Source of the DNA: an uncultured Candidatus Saccharibacteria bacterium
Lineage (GTDB): Bacteria > Patescibacteriota > Minisyncoccia > Phycocordibacterales > UBA1006
Direction: 5' to 3'
NCBI GenBank assembly: GCA_964350165.1
Contig: CAYGJA010000001.1
Coordinates: forward strand, 248,377 to 312,376
Length of the DNA: 64,000 bases
This document shows positions 63,041 through 64,000 of the stretch, piece after piece; the stretch's first letter is position 1, and every line of letters starts with the position of its first letter. Made by a program: the position numbers and the translations under genes. A model generated the notes under the pieces. It was not told the origin of the DNA. It saw only the letters and a program-made list of their open reading frames with translations, and did no database searches.

Positions 63041-63202
63041 TTACTTAGAGATCCCGGCGAGAAAACTCGCCAAAATACAAAGGGCCGTTGCTGGAACGAA
63101 CCCGTATCCCGTTTCAAAGAAAAACAGGATCTCTAATATTACGCAGAAAATGGCGATAACCCCAAACCAGAGAGCAATCTGGATTGGTTGAATTTTCTGC
63201 AT
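63041..63202 (-). CDS. Possible small hydrophobic protein (53 aa) downstream of argS
   Basis: Manual translation: MQKIQPIQIALWFGVIAIFCVILEILFFFETGYGFVPATALCILASFLAGISK. Below ORF-track cutoff. Two putative TM helices. Confidence 0.25.
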   Translation of the reverse strand: MQKIQPIQIALWFGVIAIFCVILEILFFFETGYGFVPATALCILASFLAGISK

Positions 63203-63214
63203 CTATTAATTATA

Positions 63215-64000
63215 CTACATTTCAGAAGGTGTGTCTATAGCGAGCAATGCGAGCCCATTGTGCAGTACCTGGCCCACCGCGGCCACAATTGCCAAGGAAT
63301 GGCTGGCCTGTTCGCTGTCCAAGATGCGCTCACGCCCATACCAAGAATTAAATTCCCGAGCCAATTCGAGCAAATACCCCACCACGTGATGCGGTGCATA
63401 CGCCTGCTGGGACTTGGCCACAATCTCTGCATAGTGCAGGAGTTTTCGTTCTACCAGCCCAACCTCTCCCGCAGTCATATCTAGGATTGGCCCAATCCCC
63501 TGTTCTTTGCCTTTTCGCAATAGGCTCTGTGTACGTGCATAAGTGTACTGCAGGTACGGACCCGAATCCCCCTCGAAGGACAGCGACGTATCAGGATCAA
63601 AGTTAATATTCTTTCCAGCCTCGCTTTTGAGGATGGCGAATTTGAGTGCGGCAATGGCCACCTGGTCCAGAGTAGATTCTGGCAGATTGCGGTCTGCGGC
63701 TCGCTCGACGACTTCTTCGTGCACCACCGCCAGAATGTCCTCGGCCAGAGGGACGCCGCCCAACCGAGAAGACATTTTTTTACCCTTGAACTGCATGCGA
63801 CCATGCGGAACATGAACAAAATTCTGCTCCCAAACCGGATTTATTTTTCCCGCTGCTTTGGCTACTACTTTGAAATAAGCCGCTTGTTCATGATCGGTAA
63901 CCGTAATCGAAATATCCGGCTGATAGCGCTCATTCTTGATGCTCATCAGGCCAATATCCTTGGCTTCGTAGGTTGGGTTGCCTTCGGAGTTAATAAATAC
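63215..64000 (-). CDS. argS: Arginine--tRNA ligase, C-terminal two-thirds (gene continues beyond right edge)
   Basis: KMSKS-type motif (FKGKKMSSRLGGV) and DALR anticodon-binding domain (…YAPHHVVGYLLELAREFNSWYGRERIL…). Frame stays open from 63946 to 64000 (…NPTYEAKDIGLMSIKNE…). Confidence 0.85.
   Translation of the reverse strand, partial: VFINSEGNPTYEAKDIGLMSIKNERYQPDISITVTDHEQAAYFKVVAKAAGKINPVWEQNFVHVPHGRMQFKGKKMSSRLGGVPLAEDILAVVHEEVVERAADRNLPESTLDQVAIAALKFAILKSEAGKNINFDPDTSLSFEGDSGPYLQYTYARTQSLLRKGKEQGIGPILDMTAGEVGLVERKLLHYAEIVAKSQQAYAPHHVVGYLLELAREFNSWYGRERILDSEQASHSLAIVAAVGQVLHNGLALLAIDTPSEM

Overview
AT-moderate, gene-dense bacterial window (housekeeping genes ~45-50% GC, dipping to ~35% in a large glycan locus). 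Tight co-directional operons, many lineage-specific hypotheticals and several CPR/Patescibacteria-like hallmarks: an unlinked 23S-5S rRNA operon with two intron-like insertions in the 23S, an isolated rplJ-rplL pair, a eukaryote-type IleRS, and a giant Thr/Ser-rich surface protein. Assignment to CPR is inference only. Contents left to right: (1) a higher-GC left flank (2.1-4.8 kb) with a strikingly GC-rich (~64%) gene for a secreted protein carrying a Bacteroidota-type T9SS C-terminal sorting domain; (2) a minus-strand 23S-5S operon (4.9-8.9 kb) with promoter, processing stem, terminator and two intron-like insertions at classic LSU intron sites; (3) MscS-like membrane protein, secreted lipase-like hydrolase, CBS protein, rplL (unusual acidic N-terminal extension) and rplJ with an attenuator-like leader; (4) a PAS (Com-type zinc ribbon) + GAF two-gene sensor module; (5) an ~19 kb low-GC surface-glycan locus (16.8-36.1 kb): Wzy_C/O-antigen-ligase-like protein with TPR tail, WbaP-like priming transferase, 6 glycosyltransferases including a GT11 fucosyltransferase, 6 methyltransferases (3 FkbM-type), AsnB amidotransferase, Wzx flippase. 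It sits directly next to a 1158-aa Thr/Ser-rich surface protein with an N-terminal peptidoglycan-binding domain, suggesting a surface (S-layer-like) protein O-glycosylation system; (6) core genes: ftsK, recA, efp, rpsF-ssb-rpsR, tatD, ATP-grasp protein, AI-2E transporter, M16 peptidase, glyS, recO-like, and an ileS with a complete histidine-phosphatase (PGAM-family) domain inserted in-frame; (7) a small accessory patch (58.5-62.2 kb): HTH-XRE+Panacea-domain antitoxin with a RelE/ParE-like toxin, an HsdR_N-like nuclease-fold protein plus membrane partner, and a 1.2 kb segment flanked by 94-bp direct repeats that duplicates the 5' end of a small membrane-protein gene; (8) bPH_2 membrane protein and partial argS at the right edge. 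No CRISPR arrays or tRNAs seen.
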